In this document: positions 9,343 to 18,843 of the stretch, piece by piece
Position numbering within the stretch: position 1 is the first letter of the stretch
How the letters are laid out: each line of letters begins with the position of its first letter
Source of the DNA: Gemmatimonadales bacterium
Lineage (GTDB): Bacteria; Gemmatimonadota; Gemmatimonadetes; Gemmatimonadales; GWC2-71-9
Assembly (NCBI GenBank): GCA_036267775.1
Contig: DATAVM010000108.1
Location: 5,845 to 69,844, forward strand
DNA length: 64,000 bases
Direction of reading: 5' to 3'
Translations under genes and position numbers: made by a program
Notes under the pieces: model-generated
What the model saw: the letters and a program-made list of their open reading frames with translations, nothing else
What the model was told of the DNA's origin: nothing
The model's database searches: none

Positions 9343-10554
9343 TCAGGGCGTGCCGACGAGACGCTTGAGCCAGAAATAATTCACCATCTGGTCCACCGAG
9401 GACGACGGTGCCACCCATTGAGGATCGAAGGGAATCCTGACGATCGCATCGGGGAGACGCCACGCCAGCGGCAGCCGCTGCAGCAGGGTTCCCTGAGTGT
9501 TGCCGGGCGGCGCCGTTTCGCCTACCGGCAGGACCTTGAGGCCTGCGTCGGAAAAGGCCTGGGCGACCTCGATGTTGGGGCAGTCGTAGGACCCGTAACT
9601 GAACCAGACCAGCACGTCGCCGGGCTTGGCGCCGTATTGCTGCAATTTGGCGGCGGGATCCCAGCGGAGGTCCACCGGCCGGAAGGGACCGGCCACGCTG
9701 TCGCGATGGATGCTTTCCTGCAGATAGTGGGTGCAGGTGGCCACGAACAGGTGTGCTCCAGCGGCTCGCTGGGCGCGGAGCTGGTCGGCGGCCACGCGCA
9801 CCGCCGCCTGGTGCTCGCCTGATGTCTCGACGGCCAGGAGCGAGTCAATCGAGGTCAGATATGCTGCCCCGAGCTGGCCGGCAGGGATCGCGGGGACTGG
9901 AACGCTTCCCGCCGGCATCCGGAATTGAATGGCGTTGTTGTTGCGCTCGGCAAACGGCATGAGAACGGAGAGGTAAATCCCCGGCTCCCACCCGTGGCGA
10001 GTGGCTGCCGCCACGATTTCGGAGTAGAGCACCCACATCACGATCACGTTGGCGGCGTCGTTGATGTCGGCCTGGTCGGCACCACCGCTGGGCGCACCAT
10101 TGTCGAGCAGCCAGTGGCCCACGGACAGCCCCGGTTTTCCGGCCTTGGAACCCAGCACAAAGACCGGCCGGCCCTGGTTCTGGTAGCCGTCCACCATTGC
10201 CGCGACCGCAAAGCCGTTGCCGTCCCACGACCGCACCGGCAGGATCACCAGGCCGTGCGTCGAGGGGTCGTCCGCGTCGCCGGTGTCCGGCGGGCCGCCG
10301 GCGTGCCAGTAAAGCTCGAGGCGCATGGCGGCGTCGTACTTGATCGGGACGAGAAATCGCATCGTCGTGTCGCGAGTGAACAGATCCGCGGCGTATTCAG
10401 CGGCTGCCGTGATCGCGGGAAGCTCGTCGCGGATGACGCCAATGCGGCGATGCAGCTCGACGATTTCGGGGGGCGCGTCCTGGGCTGGCAGCACGACCGG
10501 CAGGCCAACGGCGGCCAGCAGCGCTGCGAAGATGCACGAACGGAAGAACGCCAT
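9343..10554 (-). CDS. Secreted hypothetical protein (about 403 aa)
   Basis: The ATG at 10554 gives the signal peptide MAFFRSCIFAALLAAVGLPVVLPAQ; the track starts at the TTG at 10584. It lies directly downstream of the RND pump gene. I recognise no motif. Confidence 0.55.
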   Translation of the reverse strand: MAFFRSCIFAALLAAVGLPVVLPAQDAPPEIVELHRRIGVIRDELPAITAAAEYAADLFTRDTTMRFLVPIKYDAAMRLELYWHAGGPPDTGDADDPSTHGLVILPVRSWDGNGFAVAAMVDGYQNQGRPVFVLGSKAGKPGLSVGHWLLDNGAPSGGADQADINDAANVIVMWVLYSEIVAAATRHGWEPGIYLSVLMPFAERNNNAIQFRMPAGSVPVPAIPAGQLGAAYLTSIDSLLAVETSGEHQAAVRVAADQLRAQRAAGAHLFVATCTHYLQESIHRDSVAGPFRPVDLRWDPAAKLQQYGAKPGDVLVWFSYGSYDCPNIEVAQAFSDAGLKVLPVGETAPPGNTQGTLLQRLPLAWRLPDAIVRIPFDPQWVAPSSSVDQMVNYFWLKRLVGTP

Positions 10555-10608
10555 CGGGACCCGCCGGAAGGAGAGACCCTTCAATAAAATGCCCCGGCCG
10601 CAGCACCG

Positions 10609-13600
10609 CTATTTCGTTGCGCCCTCTGGTGCCGCCCCAGGCACGGTCGCCATATGGTGCTTTTTGGCAAAGCGGAGGCGCATCTCGTCGAACCACACGT
10701 ACACCACGGGAGTGATGTAGAGTGTGATCAGCTGCGAAACCGCCAGGCCGCCGACCACGGCAATGCCCAGCGGACGGCGGGATTCCGCACCGGCGCCGGA
10801 GCCGAACGCGATCGGCAGCGTTCCCATGAGGGCCGCCATCGTGGTCATCATGATTGGCCGGAAGCGTACCAGCGCCGCTTCGTGAATGGCGTCGCGCGGA
10901 GATTTCTTGTCCTTCCGCTCCGCTTCCACGGCAAAGTCGATCATCATGATCGCGTTCTTCTTGACCAGACCGATCAGCATGATGATGCCGACGAAGGCAT
11001 AGATGCTGAGCTCGGTGTGGAAGATCAGCAGCGCCAGAAGCGCGCCAAATCCGGCGAACGGCAAGCCCGAGAAGATCGTGAGCGGATGAATGAAGCTTTC
11101 GTAGAGAATGCCGAGGACGATGTAGATCACGATGATCGCGAGCACCAGCAACACCAGCAGACCCTTCTGCGCCGACTGGAACGCCTGGGCCGTGCCCGAA
11201 AAGGCCGCCGACACGGACTGCGGCAGCGTGTTGGCGGCGATCTTGTTGATATCATCGACCGCGGTGCCGATCGACACATTCGGCGCGAGGTTGAACGAGA
11301 GCGTCACCGACGGCAGTTGCCCCGAGTGATTGACGGTCAGCGGGCCGACGTCTTCGGTGATCTTGGCCAGTGCGCTGAGGGGAACGAGCTGCCCATTCGA
11401 TCCGGCGACGGAGATCAGGGACATCGCGCCCAGATCGCGCTGGTATTGCGGCAGCAGTTCCAGCATCACCCAGTACTGGTTGGTGCTCGAATAGATCGTG
11501 GAGATCTGCTCGGCGCCGTACGCGTCATAGAGCGCGCTCTGGACCTGCTCCATCGTGATGCCGACCGCGGAGGCGCGGTCGCGATCGATGCTCACCTCGA
11601 TCTGCGGATTCTTGATCTGCAGATCGGTGGTGACGTCGCGCAGCTCCTTGAGGTCCTGCAGCTTGCCCTGCATGGTCTGCGAGGTCCGGTACAGCTCGTC
11701 GATGTCCGCGCCCTGCAGCGTGTACTGGTAAAGACTCTTGGTAATGTGGCCGCCGATGTTGATCACCGGCGGATTGGTCACATACGTGCGGAGCCCGGTG
11801 ACCTGCGTCAGTTTGGCGGTGAGCTCGCGGGCGACGTCGTCGGCCGACAGCTTGCGCTTCTTGCGGTCGGTGAGGGCAATGATGAAGCGTCCCTGATTGG
11901 CCGTCGATCCCGAGCCGCTGGCTCCGAGCGACGACATGAATCCGCGCACGTTGGAATCGGCGAGTACCACCTTCATCGCCGCTTCCTGGTGGCGCACCAT
12001 GCCGTCGAACGATGTGCCTTCGGCGGTTTCCGTGGTGGCGCGCAACTGCCCCTGGTCCTCCGACGGAATGAATCCCTTGGGCACGATCCGCGCGAGCCAG
12101 ACGGTGCCGATCAGGATCGCGAACGAAAAGGCGAACATGATCCGCGAGTGCGCCATCGCCCACTGCAGCGTGCGATCGTAGCCGTTGTGCGTGCGCTCGT
12201 AGATCCCTTCGGTGACCGCAAAGACATGGCCGAGGATGCCGTGTGGCTTGCCGTCCTTGGGTTCATGAGTGATCCGGAGAAAGCGCGAGCAGAGCATGGG
12301 TGTCAGCGTCAACGACACAAAACCCGAGCAGATGATCGCGACACCGATCACGACGGCGAACTCGTGAAAGAGCCGGCCGATCAGGCCGCCGAGGAAGAGC
12401 ACGGGAATGAACACCGCCACGAGCGAGATCGTCATCGACATGATGGTGAAGCCGATCTCCTCCGAGCCGGTGTAGGCGGCGTCGGCGGGCTTCTCGCCCA
12501 TTTCCGTGTGCCGGACGATGTTCTCGAGCATGACAATGGCGTCGTCCACCACAAATCCCACGGACAGCGTGAGCGCCATGAGCGAGAGGTTGTCCAGCGT
12601 GTAGCCCAGCAGATCCATGACCGCGAAGGTGCCGACCAGCGACATCGGCAACGCCAGAGACGGGATGATCGTGGCGGAGATGTTGCGGAGAAAGACGAAG
12701 ATCACCAGCACCACGAGGAAAAGCGTCAGGTACAGCGTGAATTTCACGTCGTTGACCGATTGCTCGATGGAGAGCGAATTGTCATAGATGGTGCTGACCT
12801 TGACCGACGCCGGGAGTTGCGCGGTGAGGGTCTTCATCTCGGCGCGGACCGCATTCGCCACTTCGACGGTGTTGGTGCCGGGCTGGCGCAGGATCGCGAG
12901 CACGATGCCGCGATTGTCGTCGAACCAGGCGGCGGCCTTGGTGTCCTGCACACTGTCGACGATATGCCCAAGGTCGCCCAGACGGACCGGGCGTCCGTCG
13001 CGCCACGCGACGATCAGCGGGCGGAACGCGGCGGCGTTGTGCAGCTGGCCGTCGGATTGCACCGCATAGGCGCGATCGGTGCCCCATAGAATGCCGGTCG
13101 GGAGATTGACATTGCCGTTGACGATGGCCGTGGCCACCTGATCAATGCCGATCTTGCGAGCCGCGAGCGCTTGCGGGTCGAGCTGTACCCGCACGGCGTA
13201 TTTCTGCGATCCGTACACCGTGACCTGCGCCACACCCGACACCGTCGACAGTTGCTGGCTGATCTGTGTCTCGCCGTATTCGTCGAGTGTCGAGAGCGGG
13301 AGCGTGGGCGACGTGAGCGCGTAGAGCAGAATGGGCGCGGCCGACGGATCGACCTTGCGATAGGATGGCGGCAGCATCGCCTGCGGCAGGGTCTTCTGCG
13401 TCTGCGCGATGGCCGCCTGCACATCGGCGGCGGCGGCGTCGATGTCGCGGTCCAGGGTAAACTGGAGCGTGATGCTCGTTTGTCCCTGCAGTGACGACGA
13501 GGTGATCGCGTCGAGGCCGGCGATCGTCGAGAACTGCTTTTCGAGCGGCGTCGCCACCGATGCGGCCATCGTCTCCGGGCTCGCGCCCAGGAGATTGGCG

Positions 13601-13743
13601 GTCACCGAGATGGTGGGATAGTCCACCGTCGGCAGGTCCGCCACTGGTAGTGAGCGGTAGGCCACGATCCCGAACACCAGAATGCCGCCCATGACCAGCG
13701 TCGTCATGACCGGCCGCGCGATCCATGGGCGGGAGAGGTTCAC
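10609..13743 (-). CDS. RND efflux pump inner-membrane permease (AcrB/MdtB/HAE1 family)
   Basis: 1044 aa with a 12-TM, two-large-periplasmic-loop layout. Typical N-terminus RPVMTTLVMGGILVFGIVAYRSLPVADLPTVDYPTI and VVDDAIVMLENI. The GTG start overlaps the MFP stop (GTGA). Confidence 0.95.
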   Translation of the reverse strand: MNLSRPWIARPVMTTLVMGGILVFGIVAYRSLPVADLPTVDYPTISVTANLLGASPETMAASVATPLEKQFSTIAGLDAITSSSLQGQTSITLQFTLDRDIDAAAADVQAAIAQTQKTLPQAMLPPSYRKVDPSAAPILLYALTSPTLPLSTLDEYGETQISQQLSTVSGVAQVTVYGSQKYAVRVQLDPQALAARKIGIDQVATAIVNGNVNLPTGILWGTDRAYAVQSDGQLHNAAAFRPLIVAWRDGRPVRLGDLGHIVDSVQDTKAAAWFDDNRGIVLAILRQPGTNTVEVANAVRAEMKTLTAQLPASVKVSTIYDNSLSIEQSVNDVKFTLYLTLFLVVLVIFVFLRNISATIIPSLALPMSLVGTFAVMDLLGYTLDNLSLMALTLSVGFVVDDAIVMLENIVRHTEMGEKPADAAYTGSEEIGFTIMSMTISLVAVFIPVLFLGGLIGRLFHEFAVVIGVAIICSGFVSLTLTPMLCSRFLRITHEPKDGKPHGILGHVFAVTEGIYERTHNGYDRTLQWAMAHSRIMFAFSFAILIGTVWLARIVPKGFIPSEDQGQLRATTETAEGTSFDGMVRHQEAAMKVVLADSNVRGFMSSLGASGSGSTANQGRFIIALTDRKKRKLSADDVARELTAKLTQVTGLRTYVTNPPVINIGGHITKSLYQYTLQGADIDELYRTSQTMQGKLQDLKELRDVTTDLQIKNPQIEVSIDRDRASAVGITMEQVQSALYDAYGAEQISTIYSSTNQYWVMLELLPQYQRDLGAMSLISVAGSNGQLVPLSALAKITEDVGPLTVNHSGQLPSVTLSFNLAPNVSIGTAVDDINKIAANTLPQSVSAAFSGTAQAFQSAQKGLLVLLVLAIIVIYIVLGILYESFIHPLTIFSGLPFAGFGALLALLIFHTELSIYAFVGIIMLIGLVKKNAIMMIDFAVEAERKDKKSPRDAIHEAALVRFRPIMMTTMAALMGTLPIAFGSGAGAESRRPLGIAVVGGLAVSQLITLYITPVVYVWFDEMRLRFAKKHHMATVPGAAPEGATK

Positions 13744-14942
13744 GGCTTGTGGCCTCGCCGCCCGCCCGAGGTATCGGGCCTCGTCGAATCGCCGACGCCC
13801 TGCACCTTGCTGGTGTCAGGGCCTACCACCCCCTGATCGCCGACCTGACTCGGCGCGCGAACGGCGACCTTTGCGCCATCGGTGAGCCGCAACTGGCCAT
13901 CGGTCACCACGGATTGGCCCGGCGTGACATTTCCCTGCACCACATCGACCGAATCGGTGTTGCGAAGCACCTTCACCTTGACCACGTGCGCCTTGTGGGC
14001 CGAGTCAACGGTCCAGATCACGTCGCCCGCCTGACCGCTCTGCACGGCGGCTGCGGGGACGACCAGCGCGTCCTTCTCGACCGAGAGCTGGAGCAATACG
14101 CGCTCGAGTGCACCGGGCCAGAGCGCGTGATCGTCATTGGGAAAGTTGGCCTTGAGCGCCACGGTGCTGGTGAGCGAATCGACGGCGTTGTCGAGGAACA
14201 CGAGACTGCCGCGTTCGGTACGCGTAGAATCCGCGATCGGCGCGGCGGTCACCTGCAACGTGCGATCCTCGGCGCGCCGGCGCACGTCGTCAAACGAGGT
14301 GGCTGGCACCGGAAAGCGGACCAGGATCGGTGAGATCTGGTTGATGACGACCAGCGTCTGGTCGGCACCCGCGCGCACCTGGTTGCCTTCGCGCACCAGC
14401 ACACTGCCGGCACGGCCGGTGATCGGCGCGCGGATGGTGGCAAACTGCAGGTTGAGGCGCGCCTGCTCGATGGCAGCCGAATCGCCGCGAATGGTGCCGG
14501 CCAGTGCGTTCGCTGTGGCGCGCGCCTGATCGAGCTGCTGCTGCGTCACGTATTCCTTGGCAACCAGCACGGTGTCCCGCTGCACATCGCGCTGCGCACT
14601 CTCCCAGCTTGCCTGGTCGCGCGCCACATTGGCCTGCGCCTGATCGAGTGTCGCCTGAAAGGCGCGCGGATCGATCTCAAAGAGAATCTGGCCTTCCTTG
14701 ACGTCATCGCCTTCGCGAAAACGCACGTGCATCAGCAGGCCGTTCACCTGCGACTGCACGGACGCGGTGCGGATCGGCTCGACGGTTCCGGTGGCGGCGA
14801 GCGTGACCGGCACGTCGGCCCGGCGCACCTGCGCCACGCTCACCGGGAATGTCGGCGGCGGCGGTGTGCTCTTCTTGGCGCAGGCCACGATCAGAAGGAG
14901 CGCCAGCAGCGGCCGGCCGCGAACCAGGGTGCTGCGAATCAT
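13740..14942 (-). CDS. RND efflux periplasmic adaptor (membrane fusion protein, HlyD/AcrA family)
   Basis: The true ATG is at 14942 inside track ORF 13740..16355, overlapping the OMF stop (ATGA). Lipoprotein-like MIRSTLVRGRPLLALLLIVACAKK. Barrel-sandwich and coiled-coil signature VQSQVNGLLMHVRFREGDDVKEGQILFEIDPRAFQA. Confidence 0.9.
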   Translation of the reverse strand: MIRSTLVRGRPLLALLLIVACAKKSTPPPPTFPVSVAQVRRADVPVTLAATGTVEPIRTASVQSQVNGLLMHVRFREGDDVKEGQILFEIDPRAFQATLDQAQANVARDQASWESAQRDVQRDTVLVAKEYVTQQQLDQARATANALAGTIRGDSAAIEQARLNLQFATIRAPITGRAGSVLVREGNQVRAGADQTLVVINQISPILVRFPVPATSFDDVRRRAEDRTLQVTAAPIADSTRTERGSLVFLDNAVDSLTSTVALKANFPNDDHALWPGALERVLLQLSVEKDALVVPAAAVQSGQAGDVIWTVDSAHKAHVVKVKVLRNTDSVDVVQGNVTPGQSVVTDGQLRLTDGAKVAVRAPSQVGDQGVVGPDTSKVQGVGDSTRPDTSGGRRGHKP

Positions 14943-16441
14943 GGATTGCTTCCGGTCGGAGGCGGTGCGAGGGGCAACCCCGGCGCACCGGTTGGCGCGA
15001 GCGATCCCACATCGTGCGCGAGTTGTACCAGCGAGGAATCCCACGTGACGCGCGCGGCGATCCGCTGCGAGCGAGCGTCGGCCAGCGCTTGTTCCGCCGT
15101 CAGCAGTTCGAGGAGTGAGCCGACGCCTTCGCGGTAGCGCCCGCGCGCCGCGTCCGCATTTGCGCTGGCGCTGGTGAAGAGGTCGTTGGACGCCGCCACC
15201 CGCTCCGTGGCGGTGCGAAGCTCCTGATACGACTGGAAGACTTCGAGTGCGACCTCCCGTTCCAGGCTCTGCACCCGCGCGCTTTCCGCATCGGCCGACA
15301 ATGCCGCGGCACGCGCCGCATATTGCCAGCCGAGACCATCGAAGAGCGGCACGTTGAGGCTGATGCCGACATTGTACGACGGATGACCGCCGGTGACATT
15401 CGCGATGTACGTGGTGCCACCACTCCCCGACAACGCCAGCGTGGGATACTGCTGCGCGCGCGCTTCGCGGGCCTCGGCGCGCAGCTGGTCCGCCGTCGCG
15501 CGCACCGCGGCCAGATCCGGCCGCGCCGCCAAAGCCTGTGCGATGAGCGTATCCACCGCGATGGCGACACTCATGATCGGCGCGTTCGCCGCGGTGGTAT
15601 CCACTTCGAACGCGGCCGTTGGCGGCAGGCCGACCAGTGTCGCGAGGGCACCGTGCGTACTCGCCACCGATCCTTCCGCATCCTGCAGCGCGAGGCGCGC
15701 CTGCGCCACAGCGGTGCGTGCCTGCAGGACATCGGCGATCGTGGCAACGCCTACCGACCGGCGATCCTCGGCCGCGGCAAGATTGACCTGCGCCTGGTCG
15801 AAGGTGGCCCGCTGCGCTTCGAGCAGGCCGCGCGCGCCGACATAGGAGAAGTATCCCTGCTCGGTGCGGCGCACGAGATCGGAGAGTGTGGCGTTGTGGG
15901 TCCAGTCGGCGGAAAAGAGCGCGTTGCGCGCAGCGTCGATCGCACCGCTCCGACCGCCAAAGTCGAGCAGCAGCCAGTTGAGCGTGACCGTGGGACCGAG
16001 CGTCGTCTGCTGCACGGACACGCGTCCCGCTGTCGCCGCGGTCTTGAGCGCATCGAGTTCCACCGTGCCCGTGATTTCGGGAAAGAGCGCACTCTTGGCC
16101 TGACCCAGTGACGCGGCCGCGGACTCGGCGGCGAGCCATGTGGCACGCGTATCGGGACTTCGCTCGAGTGCCAAGACCACCAGATCGGCGGCGGTCAGTT
16201 GCGCCCGCTGGGGCGCCATGCTGGGCGGCAGCGTGTCCGGTGGAAGGCTGCTGGTGGCGGCTTCCCGCCGTTGCGACTGGGGCGGTTGCCAATTCTGGGC
16301 AGGTGTCGGTGCCGCAGGTGCGGCGCCGCCGGCGCCCGGCAACACTGGGGCGCACGCGGCAAACACCATCAATGTGATGGGCGCGACCAACGTCCCGGCG
16401 GAGAACGACGGCTGAAAACGATACAGTGGGCGCCGACGCAA
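14939..16441 (-). CDS. Outer-membrane efflux protein (TolC/NodT family lipoprotein)
   Basis: The TTG start gives a signal with lipobox (LMVFAAC). There are two TolC-like repeats with long helical segments. It is the first gene of the OMF-MFP-RND operon. Confidence 0.9.
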   Translation of the reverse strand: MRRRPLYRFQPSFSAGTLVAPITLMVFAACAPVLPGAGGAAPAAPTPAQNWQPPQSQRREAATSSLPPDTLPPSMAPQRAQLTAADLVVLALERSPDTRATWLAAESAAASLGQAKSALFPEITGTVELDALKTAATAGRVSVQQTTLGPTVTLNWLLLDFGGRSGAIDAARNALFSADWTHNATLSDLVRRTEQGYFSYVGARGLLEAQRATFDQAQVNLAAAEDRRSVGVATIADVLQARTAVAQARLALQDAEGSVASTHGALATLVGLPPTAAFEVDTTAANAPIMSVAIAVDTLIAQALAARPDLAAVRATADQLRAEAREARAQQYPTLALSGSGGTTYIANVTGGHPSYNVGISLNVPLFDGLGWQYAARAAALSADAESARVQSLEREVALEVFQSYQELRTATERVAASNDLFTSASANADAARGRYREGVGSLLELLTAEQALADARSQRIAARVTWDSSLVQLAHDVGSLAPTGAPGLPLAPPPTGSNP

Positions 16442-16464
16442 CTTTTCGATGTGCTACATCCGCT

Positions 16465-16484
16465 TGAACGCTGAACGTTATTCA
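16465..16484. promoter_or_regulatory. TGAACG direct repeat / TGAA-N5-TTCA dyad between the LuxR regulator and the efflux operon
   Basis: The sequence TGAACG-c-TGAACG-TTATTCA lies in an AT-richer 84-bp intergenic region 25-45 nt upstream of the OMF start. It is a candidate operator. Confidence 0.25.
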
Positions 16485-16525
16485 TCCGCCGAATGGAGAA
16501 TCTGTCCGGCGCAGATGCAAGTGAA

Positions 16526-17131
16526 TCAGGAAGGCTCGGTTGGGAAAGGGGGGCCCGCCGATCCCTTCTTTTTTCGGGTGCGCGCGACGTGGTATTCGAC
16601 GGTTTTTTGTGAAACGCCGACGCGCTCGGCGATCTCGCGATGAGTAAAGCCGGAGCGCAGCATCCAGAGGATCGCTTCCTTGCGCGCATCGACCTCGTTG
16701 CGCGGCGGCCGTGCTGCACGCCGCGCGGGGCGTGGTGCGTCGCGCACAGGGCGTACCACCGGCACGCCGCCAGCGAGCGCGGCATCGATCGCCTGATGGA
16801 TCTCCTCGGGATCGGCCAGTTTGGAGACAAAGCCGTGGGCGCCCCCCATCAGGCACGCGTCGACCAGTACCGGTGCTGTGAGTCCGGTAAAGACGACAAA
16901 GCGCGTCGCGGGATACCTCGCGACCAGATCGGGGATCATCCCGACGGAGCTCTCGGTGCCAAAATCGAGATCCAGGAGTACCACGTCGGGATGCGCGAGG
17001 TCGAGTGCTTCGCCCAGAAAGCCAAGCGTGGTGACCGGCGCCAGCACCGCATACCACTCCGCCAGCCGGCGCGACATCGCATCGGCCAGGGAGCGGTGAT
17101 CATCGGCGATAAGGAGCGTGGGCTGGGCCAC
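16526..17131 (-). CDS. NarL/FixJ (LuxR)-family response regulator, with no cognate kinase nearby
   Basis: Receiver TLLIADDH ... DVVLLDLDF ... VVFTG, plus a C-terminal LuxR HTH (EAILWMLRSGFTHREIAERVGVSQKTVEYHVARTRKK). The GTG at 17131 is preferred; the track's start at 17260 adds 43 aa of low-complexity sequence. Confidence 0.8.
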   Translation of the reverse strand: MAQPTLLIADDHRSLADAMSRRLAEWYAVLAPVTTLGFLGEALDLAHPDVVLLDLDFGTESSVGMIPDLVARYPATRFVVFTGLTAPVLVDACLMGGAHGFVSKLADPEEIHQAIDAALAGGVPVVRPVRDAPRPARRAARPPRNEVDARKEAILWMLRSGFTHREIAERVGVSQKTVEYHVARTRKKKGSAGPPFPTEPS

Positions 17132-17256
17132 GGGGATTCCTTGCGAGCGTGGACGAGCCGGCGCGGCTCGGGTGCTGTTGGGACGTAGCGACAACTGATC
17201 CGACTGATCGTCCGGACGGTGGCGCGCATTGCTCCGATCCAGTAGCCGCGCCGCGC

Positions 17257-17296
17257 ACAAAGATACGTCGCGGTGCGTTCTCGCAAGTATCTTTGT
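17257..17296 (+). promoter_or_regulatory. Perfect 10-bp AT-rich inverted repeat upstream of gcvT
   Basis: ACAAAGATAC, 20 nt, GTATCTTTGT, ending 49 nt upstream of the gcvT GTG. It could be a protein operator or a 5'-UTR hairpin. Confidence 0.35.
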
Positions 17297-17344
17297 CGGC
17301 TCGCGGCGTGGAGCCGCTCAGCTCACCCCGATCCCGGACTGGCC

Positions 17345-18439
17345 GTGCTGCAAACCGCTCTCGATTCCCGCCACCGCGCCCTGGGCGCACGGATGATCCC
17401 GTTCGCCGGCTGGGAAATGCCGGTGCAGTACTCGGGGATTCTGGAAGAGCACAACGCGGTGCGCCAGATGGCGGGCCTCTTCGACCTGTCGCACATGGGT
17501 GAGCTCTACGTCAACGGCGCCCAGGCGGGCGCGGCGCTCGACTACGCCCTCGTTACCGCGCCGGGCAAGCTCGCGGTGGGACGGGCGCACTACTCCATGA
17601 TCTGCGCGGAAGACGGTGGGGTGATCGACGATCTGATCGTCTACCGCCTGGCAGACCACAAGTACATGGTTGTCGCCAACGCGTCCAATGTGGACGCTGT
17701 CGCGAAGGAGCTGCGCGAACGGCTCCACAACTTTGACGCCGCCCTCGACGACGCCACCATGCGGACCTCGCTCGTGGCGATCCAGGGGCCGCGCGCCGCT
17801 GCCATTCTCCAGCCGCTGATCGACACCGATCTCAGCCAGCTCAAGTACTACGCCGGCGTGGAGACCACGGCCTGCGGCGTGCCGGCCCTGCTGGCACGCA
17901 CCGGGTACACCGGCGAGGACGGCTTTGAGCTCTTTGTGATGTGGGCCGACGGCGGGCGCGTATGGGATGCGCTCCTCGCCGCGGGATCGCCGGAGGGTCT
18001 GATCCCCGTGGGACTTGGCGCCCGCGACACGCTGCGCCTCGAGGCGGGGATGCCGCTGTATGGCCAGGAATTGACCCGCGAGACCACGCCGTACGAAGCC
18101 GGATTGGGCCGCGTCGTCAAACTGGACAAGGCGGGGGACTTCGTCGGCCGCACCGCGCTGGAAGCCGCCAAGGACCGGCCTCGCAAGATGCTGGTGGGCA
18201 TGCGGCTCACCGGTCGCGGCATCGCCCGGACCGGCTATCCCGTCTATCTTCCCGCCGCCGAGACCGGGTCTGGATTGGTGACCAGCGGGACGGCGTCACC
18301 AACCCTCGGCTATCCGATCGCCATGGGATATGTGCCGCCGGGAACAGGAAGTCCCGGCGCATCGTTCGAGGTGGGAGTCCGCAACCAGCGTGTGCCGGCG
18401 GTGGTCGTGCCGCTGCCGTTCTACCGCCGTCCGAGTTGA
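17345..18439 (+). CDS. gcvT: Glycine cleavage system T protein (aminomethyltransferase)
   Basis: The GTG at 17345 gives VLQTALDSRHRALGARMIPFAGWEMPVQYSG, which aligns (from memory) to the E. coli GcvT N-terminus. The full-length fold continues to the PFYRR C-terminus. Confidence 0.9.
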   Translation: MLQTALDSRHRALGARMIPFAGWEMPVQYSGILEEHNAVRQMAGLFDLSHMGELYVNGAQAGAALDYALVTAPGKLAVGRAHYSMICAEDGGVIDDLIVYRLADHKYMVVANASNVDAVAKELRERLHNFDAALDDATMRTSLVAIQGPRAAAILQPLIDTDLSQLKYYAGVETTACGVPALLARTGYTGEDGFELFVMWADGGRVWDALLAAGSPEGLIPVGLGARDTLRLEAGMPLYGQELTRETTPYEAGLGRVVKLDKAGDFVGRTALEAAKDRPRKMLVGMRLTGRGIARTGYPVYLPAAETGSGLVTSGTASPTLGYPIAMGYVPPGTGSPGASFEVGVRNQRVPAVVVPLPFYRRPS

Positions 18440-18454
18440 GGGAAGGAAGCGATC

Positions 18455-18832
18455 ATGGAAGTTCCTGAGAAGCTCCGCTATTCGGTCGAGCACGAGTGGA
18501 TCGACGGCGACACCGGTGCGGTGGGAATCACCGCGTTCGCGGTCGAACAGATTGGCGACATCGTGTACGTCGAGCTACCGGCGGTGGGAACCGCGATCGA
18601 AGCGGGCAAGCCGTTTGGCGTGATCGAATCCGTCAAGGCGGTGAGCGAGCTCTTCGCGCCGGCTTCGGGAAAGGTGACCGCGGCCAACACCGCCCTCGCC
18701 GACGCTCCCGAAACCGTCGCGGCCGATTGTTACGGGGCCGGCTGGCTCGTGAAAATCGCCATCACGAATCCGGCCGACCTCAACACTCTCAAGGATGCCG
18801 CAGCCTACCGCGCGATGATCGCGAACAGCTGA
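18455..18832 (+). CDS. gcvH: Glycine cleavage system H protein (lipoyl carrier)
   Basis: 125 aa: YSVEHEWI ... [12 protein letters not shown] ... the lipoyl-lysine motif [13 protein letters not shown] ... GWLVKI. Confidence 0.95.
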   Translation: MEVPEKLRYSVEHEWIDGDTGAVGITAFAVEQIGDIVYVELPAVGTAIEAGKPFGVIESVKAVSELFAPASGKVTAANTALADAPETVAADCYGAGWLVKIAITNPADLNTLKDAAAYRAMIANS

Positions 18833-18843
18833 CCGCCGCCACC

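Noticed and set aside
7451-9379. A 642-aa + strand ORF antisense to gyrA. Similar cases are 10654-13089 (811 aa, antisense to the RND pump), 39512-41764 (750 aa, antisense to odhA) and 33852-35786 (644 aa, antisense to the HEAT-repeat genes).
   Set aside because: Long stop-free antisense frames are expected in very GC-rich DNA. Their translations are Arg/Gly/His/Asp-rich and low-complexity, with no motifs. The opposite strand encodes unmistakable conserved proteins.
13740-16355. Very long 5' extensions in the ORF track. The cases are 13740-16355, 28824-31904, 30902-33259, 31760-33217, 18496-21684, 41304-43124, 50875-52074, 2853-4010 and 90-1277.
   Set aside because: The extensions run through neighbouring genes in another frame and are Arg/Pro-rich nonsense. 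Internal starts coincide with the conserved N-termini, with signal peptides, and with 4-nt start/stop overlaps with the upstream gene.
17132-17344. Expected glycine riboswitch upstream of gcvT.
   Set aside because: None of the conserved glycine-aptamer sequence blocks could be found by eye on the + strand. Infernal would be needed to exclude a divergent aptamer.
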